64,000 nt of DNA from Minisyncoccota bacterium (GCA_036517475.1 DATDVZ010000009.1:14524-78523), one strand, 5' to 3'. Positions 8,436 to 16,957 are shown, numbered from the stretch's first letter. Numbers and translations: made by a program. Notes: generated by a model not told the origin, from the sequence alone.

Positions 8436-8600
8436 ATATCCTCCTGGATTTTAGAAGTCTACCAATAATACATGAAAAGTAAATGAGAATACACTTCATT
8501 AAGTATTCATTTTTTAAATTCAAAATGTAATTAAAGAGTTTATTAATTCGTCATAAGCAATGGTCGCACTTAGGATTTAATGGTTTAACCGCCGAAAATT

Positions 8601-9032
8601 TTGTTTTACAAAATTATATCGGGTAAAAAAATGAAAAAAATAATTTCTTCACTGCTTATCGCCTCAGTATTAACTGTTGGTTTACCAGCTCAAAATGCGC
8701 ACGCCCTTACTCGTAATGAAGTAGTAGCGATTGCGCCAGCCCTTAGCATCGCTCTATCACAGATGCTAGTTGTCCTAAATCAAGAACAAATAAAAATGCA
8801 GCAAGAAAATATGACCCTTGCCCAAGCTTCAATTTCATTAAGTTTGGCTTCAACCAGACTTAACCAAGTCAAGGATAGCGCCACTGAAAGCGATCTCCAA
8901 TCAATTTGGAATATTCTGCAACCGGTAAAATTACAAGTTGATGTAATTGCTCAAAGACGCGCCGCATTCAGTGCAGCCCTTGATAAGATTGGTGTAATAC
9001 TTGTAACAATTACTAATGGGATCAGTTCTTAA
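8601..9032 (+). CDS. Hypothetical secreted protein (signal peptide; probable start at MKKIISS, about 8631)
   Basis: N-terminal signal peptide KKIISSLLIASVLTVGLPAQNAHA. The hairpin aaccttgcaa-gtta-ttgcaaggtt plus T-run follows the stop. Confidence 0.55.
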   Translation: MFYKIISGKKMKKIISSLLIASVLTVGLPAQNAHALTRNEVVAIAPALSIALSQMLVVLNQEQIKMQQENMTLAQASISLSLASTRLNQVKDSATESDLQSIWNILQPVKLQVDVIAQRRAAFSAALDKIGVILVTITNGISS

Positions 9033-9417
9033 AAACTAAAAACCTTGCAAGTTATTGCAAGGTTTTTAGTTTTTTACCACTCATTTTTTAGAGATAGTTT
9101 CTTTTCTTTAATAGGAACTTTTTTCTTTTTCTTAACGGTTCTCATCATTGCATTCTTTACCTTCCCCTCTAACCTTGGCGGAACAGTTTTTCGTAATTCT
9201 TTTTCTTTTTTATAATATTTCATAATTATGCAACAGTATAATATTGTTTATTAATTGAATATGAATTAGTAATGTTTAAAATCAGAGAATACTACAGTCT
9301 AGCTGAAATAATCGGATTTGTAATTTCTCTTGCCATAGAAGCCGCCCTGACAAATTAATAAAGATTAAATTCAATGCAATAAAAAACCGCTCATTGGTAA
9401 TTAACGAGCGGAGATAT

Positions 9418-9651
9418 CTATAAATCTTTGATTATTTGCTCAGCCCTACTTACAAGGTTTTTTTCCCTCAAAGTTAAACGCTTTTTTCTTAAAACACTAA
9501 TGAGGTTAGCCAATATTCTTTTATCAGCTATTCGCTTCTTTCTCGCATTTTCAATTTGTAGTTGTTCTATCCTCTCTTGACCCTCTCTAATCCTGTCTGC
9601 AGTTTCGGGGTACTTATCGCTTAAATCACTCATTTGCTCAGCAAAACCCAT
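9418..9651 (-). CDS. Hypothetical protein (77 aa)
   Basis: ORF with a downstream minus-strand hairpin and U-run at 9387-9415. Confidence 0.4.
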   Translation of the reverse strand: MGFAEQMSDLSDKYPETADRIREGQERIEQLQIENARKKRIADKRILANLISVLRKKRLTLREKNLVSRAEQIIKDL

Positions 9652-9783
9652 ATTTCACCAAGAGTAAAATCTTTTGAAGATTATAATCATGTGTTGTTGA
9701 ATGTCAATAATAGTTACGAACTCAATAATGTCTTCTTAGCAAAACTATTAGGACGTAAAATGCAAATTTATTGATGTCACATC

Positions 9784-9858
9784 TGGCTCCGCGGGTAGGA
9801 TTCGAACCTACGACCAATCGCTTAACAGGCGACCGCTCTACCACTGAGCTACCGCGGA
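9784..9858 (-). tRNA. tRNA-Asn (anticodon GUU), CCA encoded
   Basis: Reverse complement reads UCCGCGGUAGCUCAGUGGUAGAGCGGUCGCCUGUUAAGCGAUUGGUCGUAGGUUCGAAUCCUACCCGCGGAGCCA. It has a 7-bp acceptor stem, D, anticodon (CU-GUU-AA loop) and T arms. Confidence 0.9.
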
Positions 9859-9860
9859 AT
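9846..9860. repeat. 15-bp direct repeat copy A (gagctaccgcggaat, tRNA-Asn 5' end plus 2 nt)
   Basis: Identical 15-mer at 10134-10148. The two copies flank the GIY-YIG ORF. Confidence 0.7.
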
Positions 9861-10100
9861 ATATTTTCTTACAAACTCACGACCGCGATAGCTTTTCAAC
9901 TGTTTTTCACGTCGTATAACAGCTTCACGATCAGCAGCTTGCTCTGTGTAAATTACCATCCATTCGCCAGAAAATCTAGCGGTATAAGAATTTTTAAAAA
10001 ATTTTTTCAAATGTAATTCTAACCGGTCACCCATATCCTTAGTTTGACCTATGTAGATTTTACGATGTGTAGAATTATATAGAGCGTAAACTGTATACAT
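9849..10100 (-). CDS. Small GIY-YIG nuclease (YhbQ/UPF0213-like); ORF runs into the tRNA-Asn 5' end and uses a TAG formed by tRNA nt 8-10
   Basis: YTVYALY...IYIGQT...RL.EH...REK.LK matches the GIY-YIG core. The stop codon lies inside the tRNA gene on the same strand. Confidence 0.75.
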   Translation of the reverse strand: MYTVYALYNSTHRKIYIGQTKDMGDRLELHLKKFFKNSYTARFSGEWMVIYTEQAADREAVIRREKQLKSYRGREFVRKYIPR

Positions 10101-10133
10101 ATTTGAGCCGCTCAACCTCCGCCAGCTGGCGGA

Positions 10134-10148
10134 GAGCTACCGCGGAAT
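10134..10148. repeat. 15-bp direct repeat copy B (gagctaccgcggaat)
   Basis: Exact duplicate of 9846-9860. Immediately preceded by the 18-bp perfect palindrome ctccgccagctggcggag (10117-10134). Confidence 0.7.
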
Positions 10149-10278
10149 GGATTTAAAATATACCAGAAAAATTTTCTATGTAAATTAGTAGTGATTTAAA
10201 GACCTGACTTATTTGACTATTATTTTCAGTTGAAATAAAGTACCAATAGAAACAATCATTAAACAAGGAGGTGTTATT

Positions 10279-10647
10279 ATGGCAGATATCCGTCTTATAG
10301 GTATTCATCGGATTAGACGCAAGAAAGACGCCTTGATTCTCTATTCTGTAACGACTATTGTGCCGGGCTATCCGAATGAGGAAAGCCAGAGAAAAGGCGG
10401 GAAAAGAACTGTTGCTATCTGCACTACTCTAAAAAGAGCCAGAGAAATTATTGAGAGTAATGAAGGTGATATTTTCGAAACTTCTTATCGTTATGTGGTA
10501 ATTGAAGGAATTACAGCAGATGCGCTGTATTGTTATCATCCTGGAAAGCAGTATTGGTACCATTGGAAAGGAACGAGCGAAAAAGGAAAATATATCCGCG
10601 GCAGAAGGCCGAAGGAATTCGGAAGAATTATTGGATGGTGGGAGTAA
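10279..10647 (+). CDS. Hypothetical protein (122 aa); first gene of the GC-richer plus-strand block
   Basis: Strong SD (aaggaggtgttattATG). Terminator at 10648-10673. Confidence 0.55.
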   Translation: MADIRLIGIHRIRRKKDALILYSVTTIVPGYPNEESQRKGGKRTVAICTTLKRAREIIESNEGDIFETSYRYVVIEGITADALYCYHPGKQYWYHWKGTSEKGKYIRGRRPKEFGRIIGWWE

Positions 10648-10673
10648 AAAGAGCACGAATGTGCTCTTTTTTA
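10648..10673 (+). terminator. Rho-independent terminator (AAAGAGCAC-gaat-GTGCTCTTT followed by TTTT)
   Basis: 9-bp stem and T-run. Confidence 0.7.
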
Positions 10674-10741
10674 ATTTAAAAACTTGATTTTTTAGAGGGA
10701 TTTGCTATAATAACGAGAAGAAATTCTCAAAAGGAGGAGAT

Positions 10742-11047
10742 ATGAACGACAGACTAATTGTTGTCGTGAAGTGCGATGAAGGAGTGTGTAATCGTATCTT
10801 TCGTATCGGTGTTTCATTTAAGTTCGCAGGAAAAACCATTCCAGTAAACTGCCCCGGATGTCTAAAACAGCTCCATGCAAAAGTACCAAAAGTACCTGAA
10901 GCAGAACAAAGAGAAGTGGGAGGATCACCTATCAGTGGTGTTGAAGAAGCAATAAATAAAATCGGAGAGAGAATAGGTGAAACTGTTGACTCGATTGTTA
11001 CAAAAACCGGAGAGTTCATTCTTGGAAAGGACGAAACGCCCAAATAG
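10742..11047 (+). CDS. Hypothetical protein with N-terminal MJ0042-type zinc ribbon (C-x4-C ... C-x2-C)
   Basis: VKCDEGVCNRIFRIG...NCPGC. SD aaggaggagatATG. Terminator hairpin at 11034-11058. Confidence 0.55.
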   Translation: MNDRLIVVVKCDEGVCNRIFRIGVSFKFAGKTIPVNCPGCLKQLHAKVPKVPEAEQREVGGSPISGVEEAINKIGERIGETVDSIVTKTGEFILGKDETPK

Positions 11048-11232
11048 GGCGTTTTTTTCTTTTATTTTCTTCTGTGAAAATTTTTCTTGCGCGCCACATA
11101 TATGGCCCGAATTAAAAATTCGAGAAGTAGAGTCAGTAGAAAAATATTCAGGAATGCTTTTATAAGTATGTCATTCGTCATTTTATTCTCATCTTTATAG
11201 AATAAAATATAATTATCGGTAGTGAAGTTGGA

Positions 11233-11583
11233 ATGAATATATTAAGTGATAATGTAATAGTATTAATCGTTATTAATTTAAAGACTTTTATGATCATCGT
11301 ACACGATATTTTTGTTTGCAAGCCGGGCAATGCTTCTAAACTTGCCAAGATGTTTAAAGAGACCATGAAAATTTCACCTGAAATGAAGCATGTAATGACT
11401 GATATGACCGGCCAATGGCATCGAGTGATAATGGTGAGTCAATTCGAGAGTCTCTCTGCTTTTGAAGAAAACTGGAAGAGATTAGAAAACCCAACTGAGG
11501 AGATAAAGAAGGATATGGAAAGATATAAAGATATGAATGATATGTATGTTTCAGGATCGCGGGAAATTTATAGAGTTTGGTAA
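11233..11583 (+). CDS. Hypothetical small protein (possibly a dimeric alpha/beta-barrel type); true start may be the internal Met at 11290
   Basis: ORF with a hydrophobic N-terminal extension that is likely untranslated. Followed by the 34-bp palindrome at 11599-11632. Confidence 0.45.
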   Translation: MNILSDNVIVLIVINLKTFMIIVHDIFVCKPGNASKLAKMFKETMKISPEMKHVMTDMTGQWHRVIMVSQFESLSAFEENWKRLENPTEEIKKDMERYKDMNDMYVSGSREIYRVW

Positions 11584-11598
11584 TTTTGTAACACTTAC

Positions 11599-11632
11599 AA
11601 CATTCCAACATTCTGCAGAATGTTGGAATGTT
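11599..11632. repeat. 34-bp perfect palindrome aacattccaacattctg|cagaatgttggaatgtt (twin of 30585-30620)
   Basis: Perfect dyad. The second copy differs only by a compensatory C/G to T/A pair. Confidence 0.7.
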
Positions 11633-12347
11633 GTTTCAATTTGACTTTCTCGCAAAGATAGTTAGTCTTTTTTCAGAAACTTGCAGAGAGACGGGTTTGC
11701 CAAGAAAATTATATATTGCTCTGGATACAGAGGCTGCGGGTCCCGAGTTGGGAATTCATAGCACCATTTCAATTGGAGCCGTAGTAATAACTCGTGACTT
11801 GCTTAAATACAGGGATTACGAGGAAAGAGGCTGGGTCTTTTATTCTGAATTAAAACCTCTTTCATATAGATTTTCAGCTGAAGCAATGAAAATTGCATGC
11901 TCTCAACTTGACTGTATTCAGGAAAGCTGGGAAGTCAATCCTGTATTTGTCACAGGGCACAAAGATTTCAAACCTGATTTAGTCCTTAAACTAATGAGAA
12001 AGATTTGTCCGCATCCAGATGCTGTAATGCGACAGTTTTACAATTGGATTCAGGAAAGAAGAGTCGAAGCAAGCGCTGAAGAAATAGTCGGCGTAACTGA
12101 TACTGTATTTTTTGACAGTGGCAGAATAAGTCTACTATTCGGTCAGCATTGCCCATTTCCGTCTCCTTTTGGATGGAGGGGGCTTGATTTGACTTCTCTT
12201 TTCAAAGGGTATACCGGATTGCCGGATGCAAGTTTGTCCGAGCTAGGAGTTCCAGATATACGTGAGAAACCCCATAGGGCAGATCATGACGCAGTTTATC
12301 TTGCACAGATGGCAAGAAAACTTTTGTTTGAAACACTTGGATGGTAA
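11628..12347 (+). CDS. DEDDh-family 3'-5' exonuclease (DnaQ/RNase T-like fold)
   Basis: Exo I motif LYIALDTEAAG. Exo III motif HRADHDAVYLAQM (H-x4-D). Strong terminator at 12346-12384. Confidence 0.7.
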   Translation: MLFQFDFLAKIVSLFSETCRETGLPRKLYIALDTEAAGPELGIHSTISIGAVVITRDLLKYRDYEERGWVFYSELKPLSYRFSAEAMKIACSQLDCIQESWEVNPVFVTGHKDFKPDLVLKLMRKICPHPDAVMRQFYNWIQERRVEASAEEIVGVTDTVFFDSGRISLLFGQHCPFPSPFGWRGLDLTSLFKGYTGLPDASLSELGVPDIREKPHRADHDAVYLAQMARKLLFETLGW

Positions 12348-12384
12348 CCCCAACATCCGCCAAATGGCGGATGTTGGGGTTTTA
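12346..12384 (+). terminator. Rho-independent terminator (AACCCCAACATCCGCCA-aat-GGCGGATGTTGGGGTT followed by TTTAT)
   Basis: 16-bp perfect stem. Confidence 0.8.
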
Positions 12385-12482
12385 TAAAAATTATCAATAT
12401 TGAGCGGATCTTGACAAATTTAAGTTTTTATAGAGAATCTGATCAGAAATATCGGCACAAACCCTGAAGTTGGGAGGATAAA

Positions 12483-12995
12483 ATGAAATACACCTGCTAC
12501 ATAGGTGAAAAATTTTATGAGGCTGACGATATCAGATCTTTAATGCTTGGTCTCGAAATAAAAGACTTAGCAAATGCGATGACTTTAGTAATAAATCTAC
12601 CAATCGATTTGGAAGCTAAGTTGCGTCGTCGAAGGAGAGGATTAGAAGGTCTAAGAGAAGAAATCTGGCTTACTGGTGGCAGAGCTTCTCACACCCGCAT
12701 GTGTTTAAGGAAGACTGATGATCACCCAGAGCATGAACTTGGTGTCAGTTGTAGTCCAAATGGTTTTGAAGTTCCAGTGGACTCTATCAACCTTCCATTC
12801 CGAAACATTGACGATATTTTGACTGACCGCGGTCTTGTTTGGGTAAAGCCCGGGCGACCAGCGACTGCAATGCTCATTGTAAACCTCGTCCAGTTTAAGA
12901 ACCTAGGAGGTGTAGTGAAAATTGTTGAGGAAGCAGAAAATGTTGTGGAAGAAAAAGTGCTCTCACACTTTCAACAGAATGTCAGCTGTAATTAG
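12483..12995 (+). CDS. Hypothetical protein (170 aa)
   Basis: SD gggaggataaaATG. TTGACA promoter upstream. A hairpin (ttccaattcc-gcta-ggaattggaa, about 13017-13044) follows. Confidence 0.55.
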   Translation: MKYTCYIGEKFYEADDIRSLMLGLEIKDLANAMTLVINLPIDLEAKLRRRRRGLEGLREEIWLTGGRASHTRMCLRKTDDHPEHELGVSCSPNGFEVPVDSINLPFRNIDDILTDRGLVWVKPGRPATAMLIVNLVQFKNLGGVVKIVEEAENVVEEKVLSHFQQNVSCN

Positions 12996-13061
12996 CTGGC
13001 ATTTTTAATCATAAATTATTCCAATTCCGCTAGTGGAATTGGAATGATTTATTTAATATTT

Positions 13062-13679
13062 TTATATTTTGTGAGTTTTCCAGACAGTTAGTTTGCCAGC
13101 TTTTATTTCAACCGGATCAGCTTTGCGAAGTTTTTTAATTGCTGATTTAGATAAAAATTGAATATGTTTTGTTTTGTTTAATGCTTTGTCTATGTGCCAG
13201 ATCCCCCTTTCATCAGTTACCCAATTTCTTTTTATTTTATTTAAATTAAAAACTGCATAGCTGCGCAGAGTTTTCTTGCCATCATTTTTAAAATATTCAT
13301 GGAAATATGAGAAAGCAACTGCCCGAGGTGAGTCATAAATCGGATCTCTAAAACGCAGTACCGCGTGATTGGTTTTACTTATCGCCCCCCACTTACTCCC
13401 CTCTTTAAATAATGCAACAACATGACTATCGTCATTATGTTCTGTTACTAAATCAAGAATTATTGCTGGCTTACCATTATAAAGTAGTGCGGATGCAGCA
13501 AATAAAGCGCCTTCAAAACAATGGGCAGTTTTATTTTTTAAGACAAGGCAAGGCGAATAAAGAGTTTCATTAAAATTTATAGGTAGAGTTTCCAAAAAAT
13601 TTTGGATTTTAACCGGAGTATTAAGTTTTTTTAAAATCCGGATCTCAGATTTACTTAAAACTTCAAAAAATTTAGTCAT
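13062..13679 (-). CDS. Hypothetical protein, possible papain/transglutaminase-fold Cys-His peptidase (conserved TAHCFEGALFAAS ... DSHVVA)
   Basis: Only minus-strand gene in the block. A Cys in a G-x-C-x-x-G/A context is followed by a His about 40 residues later. The family assignment is tentative. Confidence 0.45.
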   Translation of the reverse strand: MTKFFEVLSKSEIRILKKLNTPVKIQNFLETLPINFNETLYSPCLVLKNKTAHCFEGALFAASALLYNGKPAIILDLVTEHNDDSHVVALFKEGSKWGAISKTNHAVLRFRDPIYDSPRAVAFSYFHEYFKNDGKKTLRSYAVFNLNKIKRNWVTDERGIWHIDKALNKTKHIQFLSKSAIKKLRKADPVEIKAGKLTVWKTHKI

Positions 13680-13803
13680 TTAAATATTTTAACTTTTTAA
13701 GATGATATCTGTCCTAAATTTAAATCTTGACAACATAGGTTTTTACAGTTAAATTACTGGCAGAATGTTCGTTAATAATTAACTTGCAATAAGGAGACCT
13801 GAG

Positions 13804-14535
13804 ATGATAAAGGGTGGAACCACCAAAGAATGCTTCTTGGATTATGCGAGAAACTTTTGGCCCCAAAAAGGGTCAAAAATGTCAAGTAACGCAAAGAGAC
13901 CGTTAGCGGAATTTGTCGGTGTAAGTACTGATGCAGTTAACACTTGGCTTGCAGAAAAAGGTAAGCCAAACGGTATTCATCTTCTGAGATTAAGATTTTA
14001 TCTTGATAGGGTCGGATATAGCCTTATTGAGCTTATCAGTCTCCGGCGTACGAGTCCTAATTATGCTTTGGCAGAAATGCTGGCGCTTGGAGTATTGCCG
14101 ATTGGTGAAGCTGTAAGGCAACTTAAGTTAAGCGGTGGCAACTCCTCGGTCCTAAGAATAGCTTTAGGGAAAGCCGGAACTTCTCGTGACAGAGCCGAGC
14201 AAATCATCAGAATGAAGGAATCTCGTAAAAAATCGATCACTGAAGCCGTTGAACATCTGAAAGAAGTGATACGCAAAGCTGACGCAAGAAAAGAACCTGA
14301 AGTCACGGAAACACCTGTACAAAAGAAGACTCCAACTGGTAAAGAAACGTCAGTTGAAATTCTTGCTCATCTCGTGCTTGCCATTACTCCGCTTCTTGAG
14401 AATGCTGTGAGTGGCACTAGAGAAGAGCGCAATGAGCTGCGCAAACTTACTGGATCTGATGGAATGTTTCGTCTTTCCAAAGCTTCAAGTCGCCTCTGCA
14501 GTGAAAAAGCACTGGAGGTGATGAATGGCCATTAA
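13804..14535 (+). CDS. Hypothetical protein with probable helix-turn-helix (243 aa); overlaps the start of the downstream GHKL ATPase gene
   Basis: SD aaggagacctgagATG. TTGACA -35 at about 13726. The segment AEFVGVSTDAVNTWLAEKG is HTH-like. The 11-nt overlap with the next ORF implies translational coupling. Confidence 0.6.
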   Translation: MIKGGTTKECFLDYARNFWPQKGSKMSSNAKRPLAEFVGVSTDAVNTWLAEKGKPNGIHLLRLRFYLDRVGYSLIELISLRRTSPNYALAEMLALGVLPIGEAVRQLKLSGGNSSVLRIALGKAGTSRDRAEQIIRMKESRKKSITEAVEHLKEVIRKADARKEPEVTETPVQKKTPTGKETSVEILAHLVLAITPLLENAVSGTREERNELRKLTGSDGMFRLSKASSRLCSEKALEVMNGH

Positions 14536-16318
14536 TCCTAAATCAAACGGAGGAAAAATGGACAAAAGACCCTTCGGTTTCCATGAAGGTAGGACGCTAC
14601 TTAAGGTCGCCGGCAACTATCCGCGACTCTTAGATGTTCTGCTTGAATGTGTTCAGAATTGCATCGATAAGGGCGCGCAGTCAATAACTATCGTCATAAA
14701 TCAGAAGCAGAGAAATATCTCAATTCGAGATGATGGTGACGGTGTTACTGTTGCGGAATTTGACAAAGCGATTTCAAAAATCGGATTCTCTTTGAAAAAA
14801 AGGGATAAGCTTGGAAGGTTTGGCTACGGTCTGATTTCCGCACTTGGAAAGTGCGTGGACCTTATCTTTATCTCAACTCCCAAGCATGATCCACGGGACT
14901 TTAAGCAATGGACATTCAACACAAAAGAACTAGAAGCTCAAGAAAAGATTGAAGGAATACCAATGCAGACTCGGCCTGATTTGGTTTTTGCCAGAGATGG
15001 CGGAACTAGTTCACGAGGAGTGACATTTGTTCCATGGCGGACTGAGTATCGGATTCATAATTACACTTCTGACCGACAGATTAATCGCGTAACGATTGAT
15101 TCGCTGCGAGAGGAAATCCTAGTTAGATTCGGTCATGCAATGCGGAAAAACAAGACTCTCGTCCTGATTACCATCATTGATGAGGATGGAGAGCGGTTAC
15201 ATCAGGAGTTCCGTGCAAAGGAGTTTGAGGGAGTAAAGCTGCCGGAGACAGAGATGCAAGAAAAAGATTGCGGAAAGACAATTTTCCGTCTCTTTCTTGC
15301 CAAGAAGATTGGCAAGCATCGCAGGGGTAAAGTCCTCATCGGTGAAACGGGAAATGATTTCCGTCTTGACTGGGGCGCTTTCAATCGATCTTTACCTGAG
15401 GTCTGCCATCTCAGCGATGAGGTGATTTCTGCTCTGAGGTCCGGTACCTTTGAGGGTGAGGTTCTCAACAGCAGAATCAGACTTCACGTCAGTCGTCGTG
15501 GATTTGAAGAGGACGATGCTCTTGTGGGATTCTGCTGCGTAATTGAGAAGTGGTTTGAACAGGAAGGTTCAAAACATTTTGAAGAATCGCAGGAAGAACA
15601 AAAGGAAGAGCGGTATCAGAATCTGGGTATTCGCTCCATGAAAGTGATTGAGGACATACTGCAAAACTTCCCCCATCTCTTTGCCGGCCTGAAGACCTTC
15701 AAAAAAGGTTCTACGGGACAAGGACATATTGAGAGAAAGGGAAAGAAAAGCGATGAAACCTCAGTTGCGGTTGTGACTGGACAAGAAGGTCACACTGGTG
15801 GAGATAATGCAGAGAAAAAAGAACCTGAAGTTGAAAAAGTGGATCATACCCCTTACACGGTTTCAGGACCAAAGGGTAAGAGACGCACTATTGTCTCCAA
15901 AGGCAGTTTGGGGTTGCAGCTCACACATGATCCAATGCAAGGTTCTGACAGGTTGTGGGACCTTGATGAGGATTATGGAGTTTTAAGGATTAACATACTG
16001 CATCCTCTCTGGAGACAGTGTGAGGATCATTCCGACAGAACGCTGATGCGTTTTCAGGAATACATAATGCTCCAGGCTCTCCAGTTACATTCAACGGAGC
16101 AGTCTGATTGGGTCAATTTCGCTCGTCCTGTTTTGGATGAGTTGAACGGCCCCTACGTTTACATGCTGGTTCACGGCGATGCGTTGGCCGGTCGCCAACC
16201 AGGTCGGACAAAGTCTTCATCAGATGAATCCAAACCGAAACTCACTTTGGTCAAGCCAAAGATGGCACGAACAAAGAGGGTAAAAAGTTTGGGTAAAAGA
16301 AGTTCAAAAGCGAGTTAG
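14525..16318 (+). CDS. GHKL-superfamily ATPase (MORC/MutL-like HATPase_c_3 type) with long uncharacterised C-terminal region and Lys-rich tail
   Basis: Bergerat-fold motifs are present: N-box LECVQNCIDKGA (ExxxNxxD), G1 box IRDDGDGV (DxGxG) and G2 box GRFGYGLISALG. The 597-aa protein ends in KPKMARTKRVKSLGKRSSKAS. Confidence 0.7.
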   Translation: MAINPKSNGGKMDKRPFGFHEGRTLLKVAGNYPRLLDVLLECVQNCIDKGAQSITIVINQKQRNISIRDDGDGVTVAEFDKAISKIGFSLKKRDKLGRFGYGLISALGKCVDLIFISTPKHDPRDFKQWTFNTKELEAQEKIEGIPMQTRPDLVFARDGGTSSRGVTFVPWRTEYRIHNYTSDRQINRVTIDSLREEILVRFGHAMRKNKTLVLITIIDEDGERLHQEFRAKEFEGVKLPETEMQEKDCGKTIFRLFLAKKIGKHRRGKVLIGETGNDFRLDWGAFNRSLPEVCHLSDEVISALRSGTFEGEVLNSRIRLHVSRRGFEEDDALVGFCCVIEKWFEQEGSKHFEESQEEQKEERYQNLGIRSMKVIEDILQNFPHLFAGLKTFKKGSTGQGHIERKGKKSDETSVAVVTGQEGHTGGDNAEKKEPEVEKVDHTPYTVSGPKGKRRTIVSKGSLGLQLTHDPMQGSDRLWDLDEDYGVLRINILHPLWRQCEDHSDRTLMRFQEYIMLQALQLHSTEQSDWVNFARPVLDELNGPYVYMLVHGDALAGRQPGRTKSSSDESKPKLTLVKPKMARTKRVKSLGKRSSKAS

Positions 16319-16324
16319 TTAATT

Positions 16325-16352
16325 ACCGTCCCACAGTTATGGGACGGTTTTT
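16325..16352 (+). terminator. Rho-independent terminator after the GHKL gene (ACCGTCCCA-cagtta-TGGGACGGT followed by TTTTT)
   Basis: 9-bp stem and T-run. Confidence 0.75.
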
Positions 16353-16359
16353 ATTTTTC

Positions 16360-16390
16360 TTGACAAAAAGTTAATAGAGTATATAGTACT
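16360..16390 (+). promoter_or_regulatory. Sigma-70-like promoter (TTGACA, 17 nt spacer, ATAGTA/TATATA)
   Basis: Consensus -35 and a good -10, located 35-60 nt upstream of ATG 16425. Confidence 0.55.
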
Positions 16391-16424
16391 TGTGGATAGC
16401 ATTTTTCTTAACCAGGAGGCAGTA

Positions 16425-16907
16425 ATGCCCGCAACACACAAGTCAGCAGGAAGCCGGTCCCAGAAACCCACCAAGGACCAATTGAAGGCGTTTGTGAAGG
16501 ATCTATTGAATAAGGTCAAAGATTTGGCACAGCCAATTAGCACGTTTGACCTGCATGATGTCCTTCGCGCGCACTTTGGTACCGGTGCAAAAGTGCGTAA
16601 TTTTCGAAAGTACTTCAAACCTGTTAGGGGCAAGAATCGCAAGAATGCCCGGTTTTATCGAGCACTTGCTCCTTTGACGAAACTCGTATCTTCCGAAGTA
16701 ACTGGAACTGAAGAGACTGAAAAGAAGGGCCGCGGAAAGAAGCGGAAGACTCGTAGCTCCCGCGCTCCTCGATTACAAACAGTGTTAGAAAAGAAGGCCA
16801 GTGCTACGGTAAAGATGGCAAAAGCTCAAGCCCTCTTCATTGAGAGAGATAACCTTCAGAAGAGACTTACTGAGGTAAACTCCGAGCTTCAAAGAATCTT
16901 TTCGTAA
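16425..16907 (+). CDS. Basic (Lys/Arg-rich) hypothetical protein, possible nucleic-acid-binding (160 aa)
   Basis: Start assigned to MPATHKS with SD accaggaggcagtaATG. Contains KKGRGKKRKTRSSR-type tracts. Terminator at 16927-16957. Confidence 0.55.
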   Translation: MPATHKSAGSRSQKPTKDQLKAFVKDLLNKVKDLAQPISTFDLHDVLRAHFGTGAKVRNFRKYFKPVRGKNRKNARFYRALAPLTKLVSSEVTGTEETEKKGRGKKRKTRSSRAPRLQTVLEKKASATVKMAKAQALFIERDNLQKRLTEVNSELQRIFS

Positions 16908-16926
16908 GTTCGAAACGCGCCCCGAT

Positions 16927-16957
16927 ATACATCGGGGCGCTTTTTTCTTGACAAAAT
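16927..16957 (+). terminator. Rho-independent terminator GCGCCCCGAT-atac-ATCGGGGCGC followed by TTTTTT
   Basis: 10-bp GC-rich stem. Same stem family as 17934-17963 and 30552-30581. Confidence 0.8.

Noticed and set aside
9100-9235. Minus-strand 45-aa basic ORF (MKYYKKEKELRKTVPPRLEGKVKNAMMRTVKKKK…)
   Set aside because: It has no SD or promoter and very low complexity. It lies within a terminator-rich spacer and is probably non-coding.
9771-10016. 81-aa plus-strand ORF from the track
   Set aside because: It fully overlaps tRNA-Asn and the GIY-YIG gene on the opposite strand. The tRNA structure and GIY-YIG motifs explain the sequence. It is spurious.
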